A stretch of DNA of 63,984 nucleotides, filler included, from a bacterium (lineage in GTDB: Bacteria > UBA9089 > CG2-30-40-21 > SBAY01), in the NCBI GenBank assembly GCA_040757115.1. It is 8 parts of 8 records of this genome, joined end to end, with 100 filler letters (N's around TTAATTAATTAA, not from the genome) between each part and the next. Parts side by side here need not be neighbours in the genome. Positions count along the whole stretch, not along the records: positions 20,815 to 48,770 come from JBFLYA010000027.1; positions 48,871 to 53,921 come from JBFLYA010000269.1; 6 more parts are not named here. One strand, written 5' to 3'. Shown here in pieces: positions 40,569-51,035 of this stretch; the first letter of the stretch is position 1, and the number at the start of each line of letters is the position of its first letter. Below the pieces are notes generated by a model. That model was not told the origin of the DNA and made no database searches. It saw nothing but the letters and a program-made list of their open reading frames with translations. The position numbers and the translations under genes are program-made.

Positions 40569-42623
40569 TCACTCCAATCTCAACTCTACTCCCAGCCTAT
40601 TTTTAAGTTCTATGATAATCTTATTATGTCGTTCATTAACCTCTTCATCGGTAAGTGTTATTTCTTGCTTACGATAAGTAATGGAATACGCTAAACTTTT
40701 ATATCCTGTGGGTATTTTATCCCCTTGATATAAATCAAATAATTTAATCCTTTCGATTAAGCCTTCGCCAACTTCTTCAATTATCTTTGTTATCTGAGAT
40801 GAATCAATCTCGTCTTTGACCAAAATAGCCATATCACGAACTACAGCCGGGAATCTATGTAATGGTTTAAATCTCTTTTCAAGATTAATTAAAGAAAGGA
40901 GTTTATCCCAATTAAGTTCAAATAAGTAAATGTCTTCGGGTAGTTTTAGTTCCGCTGCAATTTGTGGATGTAGTTCGCCCATTATTCCAATGGGAGTGTC
41001 TTGATAGACTAATTTTGTTTGTCTTGTGGGATGAAGGCTGGCGTGGTCTCCAGTAAGGAATTCATATCCACTTATGCATAGTTCTTGAAGCAATTTTTCA
41101 ATCACCCCTTTTAAATCATAAAAGTTAGCCAAAATAGTTGTTTTATGTCGCCAGTTAGCTTCATGGTAATTCCCGGCAATCGCCCCAATTAAAACATTTT
41201 GTTCTTTTGGAAGGGGTTTGTCAGTGGAAAAAACCTTTCCTAATTCAAATACCTTTAAATCATAGTTATCCCGATTGATATTCCATTGCAACACTTTCAA
41301 AATATTAGGGATTAAAGAAGGACACATTAAATTCTCATCCCCTCTCAATGGGTTACTAATAATCACTTCGTTGGTTAGGGGTATTTTAGTTTTTGCCAGA
41401 AAATTTGGTGAGGTAAATGAGTAGGTAATGACTTCGTAAAAGCCACAGCTAACCAGAATTTGTTTTGCCTTATTGGATAGTTCATACTCATAATCCATTG
41501 CTACTTTAAAAGAGCCTGCCGGCAGTGTAATCGGGATTTTTTCATAACCATATATTTGGGCTATTTCTTCGATTATATCAATTTCACGGGTAATATCTAA
41601 ATGTTTAAACGAAGGGACTTCAATAAGGAAAATCCCTTTTTCTTCCTCTTTAATCCCATAACCGAGTGATTGTAAAATATCTTTCACCTCATTTCCCTTA
41701 ATGCTTGTGCCCAGAATCCGATTAATTCTATCAATTCTTAAATTGATAATTGTCTTTTTAAATTTCTTTGGATAAACATCTATTATTGGCGAGATAGATT
41801 TTCCACCGCATATTTCTGTAATCAGTTGAGTCGCACGGTTTTGAACTAAAATTAAATCCTCCGGGTCAACACCGCGTTCAAATCTATAAGAAGATTCTGT
41901 TTGAATTTGTAGTTGTTTTGTGGTTTGTCGGATATTTTGAGGGTTAAAGTAAGCACATTCTAATAAAATAGTCGTTGTTTCTTCTTTAACGCGGCTATCT
42001 TCTCCGCCAATTATCCCGGCTAAGGCAATAGGTCTTTCTGCATCAGCAATGATAAGCATTTCTTGAGAAAGTTCATAAATTACTCCATCTAAAGTCAGGA
42101 TTTTCTCATGCGGCGCGGCACGACAAATAATAACTTTCTTACCCATCAATGTCTGGTAATCAAAGGCATGAAGTGGATGTCCTAACTCCATCATCACAAA
42201 ATTGGTAATATCAACAATATTATTAATCGAGCGAATGCCTACCTTCTCAAGCCGTTCTCGGAGCCAGACAGGAGAGGGAGCAACCTTGACCCCTTCAATT
42301 ATCCTGCCAGTATAACGCGGGCATAATTTAGGGTCAACTATTAAGATATTAACCATCTGGGTTAGTTTTTTAGATAAATTAAATGCAGGTGGGGAAGGAA
42401 TTTTTAGTTTAGTCTTATTCAAAGCAGATATTTCCCTGGCTATCCCAATCATACTCAAGCAATCTCCACGATTAACCGTTATCTCCAAATCTATCATCGT
42501 ATCATCCCCAACTCTTTCCACATTAGCTGTTTCAAACCCAAGATTAGTTAATTTATCTGCTAATTCTGTGGGAGAAAAGTCAAAATCAACATATTCTTTT
42601 AGCCAGTTATACGAAATTAACAT
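40569..42623 (-). CDS. pheT: Phenylalanyl-tRNA synthetase beta subunit (short form)
   Basis: MLISYNWLKEY, NRGDCLS, RFERGVD, C-terminal FDX-ACB domain. Confidence 0.96.
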   Translation of the reverse strand: MLISYNWLKEYVDFDFSPTELADKLTNLGFETANVERVGDDTMIDLEITVNRGDCLSMIGIAREISALNKTKLKIPSPPAFNLSKKLTQMVNILIVDPKLCPRYTGRIIEGVKVAPSPVWLRERLEKVGIRSINNIVDITNFVMMELGHPLHAFDYQTLMGKKVIICRAAPHEKILTLDGVIYELSQEMLIIADAERPIALAGIIGGEDSRVKEETTTILLECAYFNPQNIRQTTKQLQIQTESSYRFERGVDPEDLILVQNRATQLITEICGGKSISPIIDVYPKKFKKTIINLRIDRINRILGTSIKGNEVKDILQSLGYGIKEEEKGIFLIEVPSFKHLDITREIDIIEEIAQIYGYEKIPITLPAGSFKVAMDYEYELSNKAKQILVSCGFYEVITYSFTSPNFLAKTKIPLTNEVIISNPLRGDENLMCPSLIPNILKVLQWNINRDNYDLKVFELGKVFSTDKPLPKEQNVLIGAIAGNYHEANWRHKTTILANFYDLKGVIEKLLQELCISGYEFLTGDHASLHPTRQTKLVYQDTPIGIMGELHPQIAAELKLPEDIYLFELNWDKLLSLINLEKRFKPLHRFPAVVRDMAILVKDEIDSSQITKIIEEVGEGLIERIKLFDLYQGDKIPTGYKSLAYSITYRKQEITLTDEEVNERHNKIIIELKNRLGVELRLE

Positions 42624-42709
42624 TCTGGTTATCTCCTGTTTAAACCACTGAGAACACAAAGATGATGTACTAAACTCTGGCAAATTTGCAAACTTCTTTG
42701 AAAAACTTA

Positions 42710-42872
42710 TGATAGTAGATAGTTTATAGTAGATAGTAGATAGTTGATAGTTGATAGTTGAAGGACTATAGACTATAGACTATAGACTATAAACCATAAA
42801 CCATAAACCATAAACTATAAACCATAAACTATAAACCATAAACTATAAACTATAAACCATAAACTATAAACG
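42710..42872. repeat. Heptamer tandem-repeat palindrome between pheS and pheT
   Basis: (GATAGT[A/T])n facing (C[C/T]ATA[A/G]A)n; smaller copies at about 17440-17523 and 37686-37760. Confidence 0.85.
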
Positions 42873-42877
42873 AGATT

Positions 42878-43906
42878 TTAAAATTGCTCTAAAAACCGAA
42901 TATCGTTTTCAAAAAATAATCTAATGTTATTGATGCCGTATTTTAGCATAGCAATTCTTTCTACGCCGACGCCGAAGGCAAAACCGGTGTATTTTGTTGA
43001 ATCATAATTAACTATTTTAAATATCTCCGGGTCAACCATCCCGGCGCCTAAAATCTCTATCCAACCGGTATATTTACAAAGCCCACATCCTTTTCCTTCA
43101 CATATTACGCAAGAAATGTCTATTTCTGCCGAAGGCTCAGTAAAAGGGAAGAAACTCGGTCTAAACCGAAGATTAGTTTGTTCCCCAAAGATAAGATGGA
43201 TAAATGATGAAAGCACTCCCTTTAAATCACTAAATGTCGTCCATTCATCAACTAATAAACCTTCTACCTGATGAAACATAGGTGAATGAGAAATATCAGC
43301 ATCTTTACGATAGACCCTGCCAGGAACAATTATTCGCAAAGGCGGTTGTTGTTTTTCCATAACACGAATTTGAACCGGGGAGGTATGTGTGCGTAAAATC
43401 ACATCTTCAGAATCGCTTTTGACATAAAAGGTATCATGCATATCCCGTGCCGGATGATGAAGTGGGATATTCAAGGCATCGAAATTATAATAACTTAATT
43501 CTACCTCAGGCCCTTCGGCTATTTGAAAACCTAATCTAACAAAAATATCTACTATTTGGTTTAATATAATCGTTATGGGATGAAATTTACCTATTTGAGG
43601 TCCAATACCAGGCAAGGTTATATCAATCTTTTCTAAAAGTAATTTCTCTTGCTGGGTTTTAGATTTTAATAGTTCTGTTTTTTCGGTAAGTAATTGGGTA
43701 ATTTTATTCTTTATCTCATTAATTAATTTCCCGATTTTAGGTTTTTCTTCGGCAGAAAGACTTCCCATCCGGGTTAGAAGTTGGGTAATCAACCCTTCTT
43801 TTCGTCCTAAATATTTTACCCGCAGTTTTTCTAATACCTCAAAAGAAATGGCTTTTTTAATCTCATTTTCTGCCTCTATCATTAGAGACTTAATTTTTTC
43901 TTCCAT
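42878..43906 (-). CDS. pheS: Phenylalanyl-tRNA synthetase alpha subunit
   Basis: HPARDMHDTF, LRTHTSPVQ, FPFTEPS, GFAFGVGVER. Confidence 0.98.
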   Translation of the reverse strand: MEEKIKSLMIEAENEIKKAISFEVLEKLRVKYLGRKEGLITQLLTRMGSLSAEEKPKIGKLINEIKNKITQLLTEKTELLKSKTQQEKLLLEKIDITLPGIGPQIGKFHPITIILNQIVDIFVRLGFQIAEGPEVELSYYNFDALNIPLHHPARDMHDTFYVKSDSEDVILRTHTSPVQIRVMEKQQPPLRIIVPGRVYRKDADISHSPMFHQVEGLLVDEWTTFSDLKGVLSSFIHLIFGEQTNLRFRPSFFPFTEPSAEIDISCVICEGKGCGLCKYTGWIEILGAGMVDPEIFKIVNYDSTKYTGFAFGVGVERIAMLKYGINNIRLFFENDIRFLEQF

Positions 43907-43926
43907 TGTTTCCAGACTCCAAATTT

Positions 43927-44379
43927 TTACAATGCGGTAATTCCTAAGGCAACTAATATCCCCAGTCCGGCGCCGACAAAGACTTCTACCGGCGTATGAC
44001 CTAATAATTCCTTTAATCTCCGCTCACTTATTGTTCCTTTTTCATAAAGTTCATCAACCATAATATTCAAAATCCGTGCTTGTTGACCAACTGCCCGCCG
44101 GACACCAACCGCATCGGTCATAATAATAAATGCAAATATCAGAGTGACAATAAAAAGTGGTGTATCCCAGCCGTGTATTTTACCAACAGCAGTAGATAAA
44201 GCCATCACGGTTGCTGAATGAGAGCTTGGCATCCCACCTGAACCTAACAGCAGTCTAAAATTTATTCGTCTATTCTTGCGGGCATAGATAATAATCTTTA
44301 AAACCTGGGCAATTAACCAGGCTAAAACCGACGCTAAAAATATCTTGTTTTGTAATATTGTGATAATCGCAGTTACCAT
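43927..44379 (-). CDS. Divergent PAP2 family protein (DUF212)
   Basis: GGMPSSHSA, DAVGVRRAVG, LKELLGHTP. Confidence 0.93.
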   Translation of the reverse strand: MVTAIITILQNKIFLASVLAWLIAQVLKIIIYARKNRRINFRLLLGSGGMPSSHSATVMALSTAVGKIHGWDTPLFIVTLIFAFIIMTDAVGVRRAVGQQARILNIMVDELYEKGTISERRLKELLGHTPVEVFVGAGLGILVALGITAL

Positions 44380-44674
44380 TATTCTTGCACCTCAGTCTGA
44401 AATCACTGAACAGTATAACACTTATTAATCGAAATTTGACCCAGATATGGCTATGAAATTCCAAATTCCATTTAGTGAATTAGTGAATTAAGCGAATTAG
44501 CGAATTAGTAAAATCTAATCTCTAATTCACTAATCTCTAATTCGCTTTTTGGTATGTGGAATTTGGTGCTTGGGATTTGGGATTTTTTACTTATCCACCC
44601 TGAGTAAAATTTTGACTAATAACTGCTATAGGCTACTGATTAGTCTTCACGGTTCACTCTTCACTGCTAAATGC

Positions 44675-45676
44675 TTACTTTTTGCCAAATATCTCTTCGC
44701 TCTCCGGACATTCGATAAATCTCGTGGCATCTTTGGTCAAATCTATATCTTTAACCTTTGAAAATGGTATTAGTTCGCCTTTAGCATCAATCAATACTCT
44801 AATCACTGGTCTGACAATTGCCCGCTCATTTACTTTAACGACTAATCCTATTTCTCCGGTATTAAGCTTAACCAGGCTTCCAAGAGGGTAGATAGACAAA
44901 GTCCTCAAAAAAGCACGGACAACATCTATGGCAAAATCACTATAAGTTTGACTAATAATAATTCTCATTGCGTCATGAGGGAGTAACCCTTTTCGATATG
45001 GTCTATCCGTTGTCAGGGCATCATAGACATCGGCAATTGAGGTCATTACGGCAAATTGTGGAATTTCAACACCGACTAATTTCCGTGGATACCCTCGCCC
45101 ATCATATCTTTCATGATGGGCATAAGCAACCATTCTGGGAACTTCACTTATATCTTTTTCTCTCGAAAGGATATTATAGCTATAAATAGGATGTTTTTTC
45201 ATTTCCTCAAATTCTTCTGGGGTTAATCTTCCGGGTTTATCTAATATCTCATGCCTGATCAGTATTTTACCTACATCATGAAGCAACGAACCAATAGCTA
45301 AATCTTCTAAATCTTTCCTTTTTAATTTCTGTTTTAGACCGATGAGTGTGGATAAGGTGCAAACATTGATTGAATGTGAGAAGGTATATTTATCATAGGT
45401 TCTAATATCCATAAGATTTATCAAAGAATCTTCATAGTTTGAGATAACTTCTTCAATTAATTTAGTAACCACCTCCCGCACGGTCATTTTATCAATCATC
45501 CTCCCTGCTCTTGCCTCTTGAAGACTGGTATAGACGACTTTTATTGCCTCTTCTTTTGTCTGGTTAGAAAGCAAAACAGGGATGTCTTGAATCAATTTTT
45601 TGGCTTCTGCATTTTTTAGTATTTTATCATCAAAAACTTCTATTTTTGGAGGTTCTGCTACAAAATATCCTGGCAT
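44675..45676 (-). CDS. HD-GYP phosphodiesterase
   Basis: HSINV, LHDVGK, HHERYDGRGYP; start moved to ATG 45676 because the longer ORF runs through repeat DNA; TTGACT-17-TATAAT at 45683-45711. Confidence 0.92.
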   Translation of the reverse strand: MPGYFVAEPPKIEVFDDKILKNAEAKKLIQDIPVLLSNQTKEEAIKVVYTSLQEARAGRMIDKMTVREVVTKLIEEVISNYEDSLINLMDIRTYDKYTFSHSINVCTLSTLIGLKQKLKRKDLEDLAIGSLLHDVGKILIRHEILDKPGRLTPEEFEEMKKHPIYSYNILSREKDISEVPRMVAYAHHERYDGRGYPRKLVGVEIPQFAVMTSIADVYDALTTDRPYRKGLLPHDAMRIIISQTYSDFAIDVVRAFLRTLSIYPLGSLVKLNTGEIGLVVKVNERAIVRPVIRVLIDAKGELIPFSKVKDIDLTKDATRFIECPESEEIFGKK

Positions 45677-45771
45677 ATCTTTATTATACTTACCTATTGT
45701 TAAAAAGTCAATTAAAAAATAAGGGTAACTGTGATTCAGACACTGGACATCAGACACAAGACTATAGACTC

Positions 45772-46376
45772 TATAGCGGTTATTAACTGGAAGTTTACAT
45801 AGGATAATACCCCATAAATAAGGCATGAGAATAATCGTTCCGTTAGGAACATAATATCGGTAGGAATAGATAGACAAATCAATCAGTTCCGTAGGAACGA
45901 TATATTGGTAGAAAATTTATGGAAAGCCATTTACCGATATATTGTCCCTATGGGACATTATTTGTATGATATTTATTTCTACCGATATATTGTCCCTATG
46001 GGACATTAAATGAAGCAAAACTCAAAACTACAACTAAAAACTTCTCCATCAGTCGCAATAAATCTCAATGAATCTATTAGTTTTAAGGTTTTGAGATGAG
46101 GTTTTGAGTTTTGACATTTGAGTTTTGAGTTGATATTGTCCCATCTGATGGACACGGCTGAACGCTTACGAGATAATTTTACATTTTGATATGTAATTTT
46201 TATATTTGCTTTTTGCATTTTGCTCTTTGGAGGAAATCCCTTTTGGACACCAAATCTGCATAGATTTCATTATTTAGAGTTATTTTCAGACACCACCGAT
46301 TTTCCGTGTTTTATCCGTGTCCATCTGTGGCTGAATAGTTACTATTTTTCTTTGTGACTCTGTGGTGAACGATTAC
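45772..46376. repeat. Cluster of MITE/REP fragments
   Basis: Reverse copy of 32540-32775 (GTCCCTATGGGAC, TTCCGTAGGAA), GTTTTGA heptamer hairpin, TCAGACACCACC end, GTTAC ends. Confidence 0.75.
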
Positions 46377-46387
46377 ATATTCAGAGG

Positions 46388-48064
46388 CTACGCTGTAGTT
46401 TCTTTTATGTTCCTGGATAATGTTTTAATCGCTTCAATGATAAGCATTATACTTAGAAGCAAAAGGACAACCCCACAAATACCCGAAATCAAAACATCCG
46501 GGACAACACTGCTACCCTGAAGTATTTCTGGTAAAGAAGTGATGAAAGGTAAGGTTAAAGTTACCAATGACCATAAAGTCATCAGTAACATAAATATCAT
46601 TGGTAGGATGGTATAAATGGCATTTTTACCAGTCTTTATCAACCAGACAGAAATTCCAAGTAAGGTTAAAGAAGCAAGTAATTGATTGCTTGTGCCAAAG
46701 ATTGGCCAGGCAACTAAATATCCCTTTTCTTTGGTCAACATTAAAAATAATAAAGGAACAAATAAGCTGATTAAGGCACATATTATTCCGCCAATTTTTG
46801 ATTTCCACCCAATTAGTTCCTGGAGGATATAGCGGGCAAGCCTTGTTGAGACATCAAGGGTATCATAGACAAAGGTTGAAAAAGCAAGTAAGGCAAATGG
46901 GAAGGCAAAACTAAACGCTATTCCAATTAACCCCATGTATTGAGCAATACCATTAGCATAGATAAGATTTGGGTCGGATTTAAGCATCTCTGCCCCTTTT
47001 GGTAGCATTATGACGGTTATCATTGCCAGCACTGCGATTAAACCTTCAAGTAACATTGCCCCGTAACCAACTGACACCGCATCTTTTTCGCGGGAAAGTT
47101 GTTTTGAAGTCGTTCCCGAACTGACAATTCCGTGAAATCCTGAACACGCACCACAAGCAACCGTAATAAATAAAACAGGGAAGAGTAATTTTCCATTAGC
47201 CAGACTTTTTAATCCTTCAAGATTAAATGCCGGGTATTGTATGGTAAATCCTCCAAATATTGCGCCAATCAACCCAATGATAATTATAAGATATAAAAAC
47301 CAACCACCAAGATAGCCACGAGGTTGAAGCAATAACCACATTGGGATGACTGCGGCAATAAAGCAATATATCAACAAGATTATATCCCATTGTTTTACAG
47401 ATAATGAACCAAGTATTTCTATGGGTAATCGTGGTCCAACCCAGATTATTAATAATACTATTGGCAAAAATATCACGGTTGCTAACCACAGTTTAATCTT
47501 AAATTTGTATAAAAGGATTCCCATAAGCACTGCCGCAAGAAGATAAAGGAAGGATGACGCCGCCACGCCAGGACCAAATGCCTCTTCTTTAACGACTGTC
47601 TTAAAGGTATGAGCTGTAATATCTGTAAAGGCAATAATGACATAAATCAAGGCAAGCCAGACAAAAATCAGGAACAGGATATGAGAGGTCGGGGACATAT
47701 ATTGTTTAACAATCTCACCAATAGATGCGGCTTTATGTCTAATTGAAGCAACTAAACTTGAGAAATCATGGACACCACCAATGAATATTGCCCCCAGAAC
47801 TATCCAGAGAAGTGCCGGTGCCCAACCAAACCATAAACATCCAAGAATGGGCCCGACAATCGGTCCGGCGGCCGCAATTGCCGAAAAATGCTGTCCCAAT
47901 AATAACATAGGTTTTGCCGGAACAAAATCTCTTCCATCATTCATCTCCTGTGCCGGCGTAAGAACTGAATCATCTAATTTCATCTGTTTTTGCAAAAACC
48001 GACCATAAACACAATAACCCGCTAAAAAAATGAGCATAACTATTAAAATTAATAAACTAATCAT
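46388..48064 (-). CDS. cstA: Carbon starvation protein A family transporter
   Basis: HFSAIAAAGPIVGP, LLQPRGYL, ACGACSGFH, WPIFGTSNQLLA. Confidence 0.93.
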   Translation of the reverse strand: MISLLILIVMLIFLAGYCVYGRFLQKQMKLDDSVLTPAQEMNDGRDFVPAKPMLLLGQHFSAIAAAGPIVGPILGCLWFGWAPALLWIVLGAIFIGGVHDFSSLVASIRHKAASIGEIVKQYMSPTSHILFLIFVWLALIYVIIAFTDITAHTFKTVVKEEAFGPGVAASSFLYLLAAVLMGILLYKFKIKLWLATVIFLPIVLLIIWVGPRLPIEILGSLSVKQWDIILLIYCFIAAVIPMWLLLQPRGYLGGWFLYLIIIIGLIGAIFGGFTIQYPAFNLEGLKSLANGKLLFPVLFITVACGACSGFHGIVSSGTTSKQLSREKDAVSVGYGAMLLEGLIAVLAMITVIMLPKGAEMLKSDPNLIYANGIAQYMGLIGIAFSFAFPFALLAFSTFVYDTLDVSTRLARYILQELIGWKSKIGGIICALISLFVPLLFLMLTKEKGYLVAWPIFGTSNQLLASLTLLGISVWLIKTGKNAIYTILPMIFMLLMTLWSLVTLTLPFITSLPEILQGSSVVPDVLISGICGVVLLLLSIMLIIEAIKTLSRNIKETTA

Positions 48065-48104
48065 TTTTCATTTCCCTCCTTAATTTTGGTAAACGCTCTC
48101 GGAT

Positions 48105-48770
48105 AAAACCTGTTCCTGTCCCTGATTAAATCAGGGATTCAGGAATTGAGCGTTGATTCTTGACCTGTCGTCAGGACAGGTTTATTAGTCTTCACACACC
48201 TTGAATTTTTCCTTCACCCACAGTATTCCCCTCTTGAGAGCTTATCCTTACCCACATCTTTTACTGGACAATGTTATTAACTATGCATTCATTCACAATT
48301 CACCATTCACAATTCACAATTTTTTCCCTAAATTTCCTTAATAATGGTGAATGGTGAATTGTGTAACCGTTCAGGTCTTGAGTTACTAATATTGATTGAG
48401 ATTTCAGAACACTTACAAAATATTGAATGTAGAATGTTCAAAGTATAAAAACGGCCAAACAGAAAAATCCAGAAACTTCATCATTCTACATTCAGTATTC
48501 TACATTCGATATTCAATATTATTCCTGTTACCTGAACGATTATGAAATCTGAAATAGAAGAATCCACCTCCTACCCCCGCCAGCGGGGGACAACGGCCAA
48601 TCAATCACTTGAATGGCGACAGAGCACTAGTGCTCTGTCGCTACTCAATTGATGTCCCCCCTTGGCCTAATCATTACCCACATCTTTTAGTGGACAGATT
48701 AGATAGAAATTCCAAATTCCAAGCACCAAATTCCAAATAAATTCCAAATTCCAAGCACCAAATCCCAAAC
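48105..48770. repeat. MITE/heptamer cluster including CTAG end-to-end junction
   Basis: GCGACAGAGCA-CTAG-TGCTCTGTCGC at about 48616-48641; TTCACAA and AAATTCC arrays; GTAAC element at 48363. Confidence 0.7.
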
Positions 48771-48880
48771 NNNNNNNNNNNNNNNNNNNNNNNNNNNNNN
48801 NNNNNNNNNNNNNNTTAATTAATTAANNNNNNNNNNNNNNNNNNNNNNNNNNNNNNNNNNNNNNNNNNNNGAGGATGTGG

Positions 48881-50578
48881 CTATTTTGCGACGATGTCCA
48901 AAAGAAATCGAGATAACGGTTGGGTATTAATGATTATGTCTTTAGTCAGTCCTGCCCTTCTGGCTACCCCTACTCCTAATTTCATCATCCATAATTGTTG
49001 GAAGTGATGGGCATCGGTATCAATTACAAATTTACAGCCAAATTCTTTTGCCCTTCGGCAGTTTATATCATTCAAATCCAGCCGTTCATAATAAGAATTT
49101 ATCTCAAGCACAGTTTGAGTTTGGCTTGCCTTTTGTAAAATCTTCTCCAGGTCAATTTCATATCCTTCCCGAGTGCCAATTAATCTTCCGGTTGGATGAG
49201 AGATTATATCGACTAAAGGATGCTCCATTGCCCGACAGATTCTCTCGGTTACATTATGTTTGAATCCCATATGAATTGCGGCAACAACTATATCTAACTG
49301 CTCTAATATTTTATCTGGATAATCTAAAGTTCCATCGGGTTTTATATCTACTTCATTGCCGGCTAAGATTTTAATTCCGCCAATCTTTTCGTTTAATCTT
49401 CTAATTTCCTCAATCTGATGTAATAATTCATCGGCGGTCAAGCCACCGGCATATTTAACCGATTGAGAATGGTCACAGATAGCGATATATTTATATCCAA
49501 GGCTTTTCGCATAACGGGCAATATCTTCAATTGAAGAAGAACCATCAGAATAATTTGTATGAATATGAATATCTCCTTGAATATCATCAAGTTGCACTAA
49601 TTGGGGTAGATTGCTTGCTTGTTCTATCTCTCCTAAATCTTCCCGTAATTCTGGAGGTATCCAGGGTAAATCCAGTGAAAGATAAACATCCTCTTCGTTT
49701 TTCCCACCAATCCTCTCCTCACCTTTAAATACACCATACTCATTTATTTTCAATCCCTTTTTCTTTGCCATTTCACGAAGTTTAATATTATGAGCCTTTG
49801 AACCAGTAAAGTATTGCAGTGCCGCACCAAAAGACTCCTCCTCAACTACACGCACATCTACCTGTATTCCATCTTCAGTAATTATTGAACCTTTAGTCTC
49901 ACCAGCGGCTAAGATTTCTTTCACCTGCGGTAAATGGACGAAATAATCAATTATCTTTCGCCCATTTTTACCTGTAACTAAAATATCAATATCGCCAATC
50001 GTTTCTTTTAATCGACGCAGACTTCCCGCGGGTGAAATTTTAGAGACCTCAGGTAATTTCTGTAATTTTGTAATTAATTCCTCTACCAGAGGCAAGGCAA
50101 ATCCCAGTAAGATTCTTTCTCTGCTTGCCTGAAATAATTTAATCCCTCTTTTGATGTTTTCTATCTTTTTCTCACCCATTTGAGGTAATCTGGCTAAAAA
50201 ACCATTTTCAATTGTTCGTTGCAGGTCTAATAGATTTTTAACCCCTAATTCTTTAAAAACAAGGGCTAAAGTTTTTGGTCCTAATCCCTGGATACCAAGT
50301 AATTCTATCAAACTATCCGGGACATCAGCCTTAATTTCCTCGTATTTTGTCATCATCCCTGTTTTTATGTATTCATCAATTTTCTTTGCAATCCCTTCCC
50401 CTACCCCATCAATTTCCATTAATTTCCCTTGTTTTGCCAGTATTTCAATATCATCCGTTAGGTCTTCAATTACGCGTGCCGCTTTACGGTAGGCATTAAC
50501 CTTAAATGGATTTTCTCCTTTAAATTCTAAAATATCCGCCATATGATTGAAGATATTCGCAATCTGGGTATTTTTAAT
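48881..50578 (-). CDS. polX: DNA polymerase X / PHP-domain protein
   Basis: AGSLRR, GDIDIL, YFTGSKAHN, HIHTNYSDG, DTDAH; probable ATT start at 50578. Confidence 0.95.
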   Translation of the reverse strand: MKNTQIANIFNHMADILEFKGENPFKVNAYRKAARVIEDLTDDIEILAKQGKLMEIDGVGEGIAKKIDEYIKTGMMTKYEEIKADVPDSLIELLGIQGLGPKTLALVFKELGVKNLLDLQRTIENGFLARLPQMGEKKIENIKRGIKLFQASRERILLGFALPLVEELITKLQKLPEVSKISPAGSLRRLKETIGDIDILVTGKNGRKIIDYFVHLPQVKEILAAGETKGSIITEDGIQVDVRVVEEESFGAALQYFTGSKAHNIKLREMAKKKGLKINEYGVFKGEERIGGKNEEDVYLSLDLPWIPPELREDLGEIEQASNLPQLVQLDDIQGDIHIHTNYSDGSSSIEDIARYAKSLGYKYIAICDHSQSVKYAGGLTADELLHQIEEIRRLNEKIGGIKILAGNEVDIKPDGTLDYPDKILEQLDIVVAAIHMGFKHNVTERICRAMEHPLVDIISHPTGRLIGTREGYEIDLEKILQKASQTQTVLEINSYYERLDLNDINCRRAKEFGCKFVIDTDAHHFQQLWMMKLGVGVARRAGLTKDIIINTQPLSRFLLDIVAK

Positions 50579-50618
50579 GGTAATTCACCTCTGTTGTAAG
50601 ATGTAGGCATTCTGTATT

Positions 50619-51035
50619 TTATCTTTCCCCTGATAGATTCCGATATGCCTCCTGTATCTGAACAAACTTTTCATGAGCTAATTCTTTAAATTCATCACCC
50701 AGATGATTAACCTTATCCGGATGATACTTAGCGGCTAAATTAAGATAAGCCTTCTTTATCTCCTCTTGAGTGGCGTGTCGTGATACTCCAAGAATAGTAT
50801 ATGGATCTTCATCTATGTTCTCTTTTCTATCCTCTCTCTTCTGTCCTTTGTTTTCTGTCCTCTGATATGAAGTATATCTCCGAGGCAAATAAACATTAAT
50901 AAACCAATATGTTAATCCTAAGACTATGAAATCATCTATGAGACTTATGAAATGAAAACCTGGCAGAAGGTCAATCGGACTGATAAGATAAAGGATAGCG
51001 CCTCCATAACATAATATTTTCCAGAACCAATTCAT
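50619..51035 (-). CDS. DUF1232 + DnaJ-domain protein
   Basis: [10 protein letters not shown]...DD and DPYTILGV...HPD. Confidence 0.9.
   Translation of the reverse strand: MNWFWKILCYGGAILYLISPIDLLPGFHFISLIDDFIVLGLTYWFINVYLPRRYTSYQRTENKGQKREDRKENIDEDPYTILGVSRHATQEEIKKAYLNLAAKYHPDKVNHLGDEFKELAHEKFVQIQEAYRNLSGER

Noticed and set aside
45677-45877. N-terminal extension of HD-GYP (likewise 10146-10232, 15942-16004, 62141-62200)
   Set aside because: These ORF extensions translate repeat or promoter DNA.
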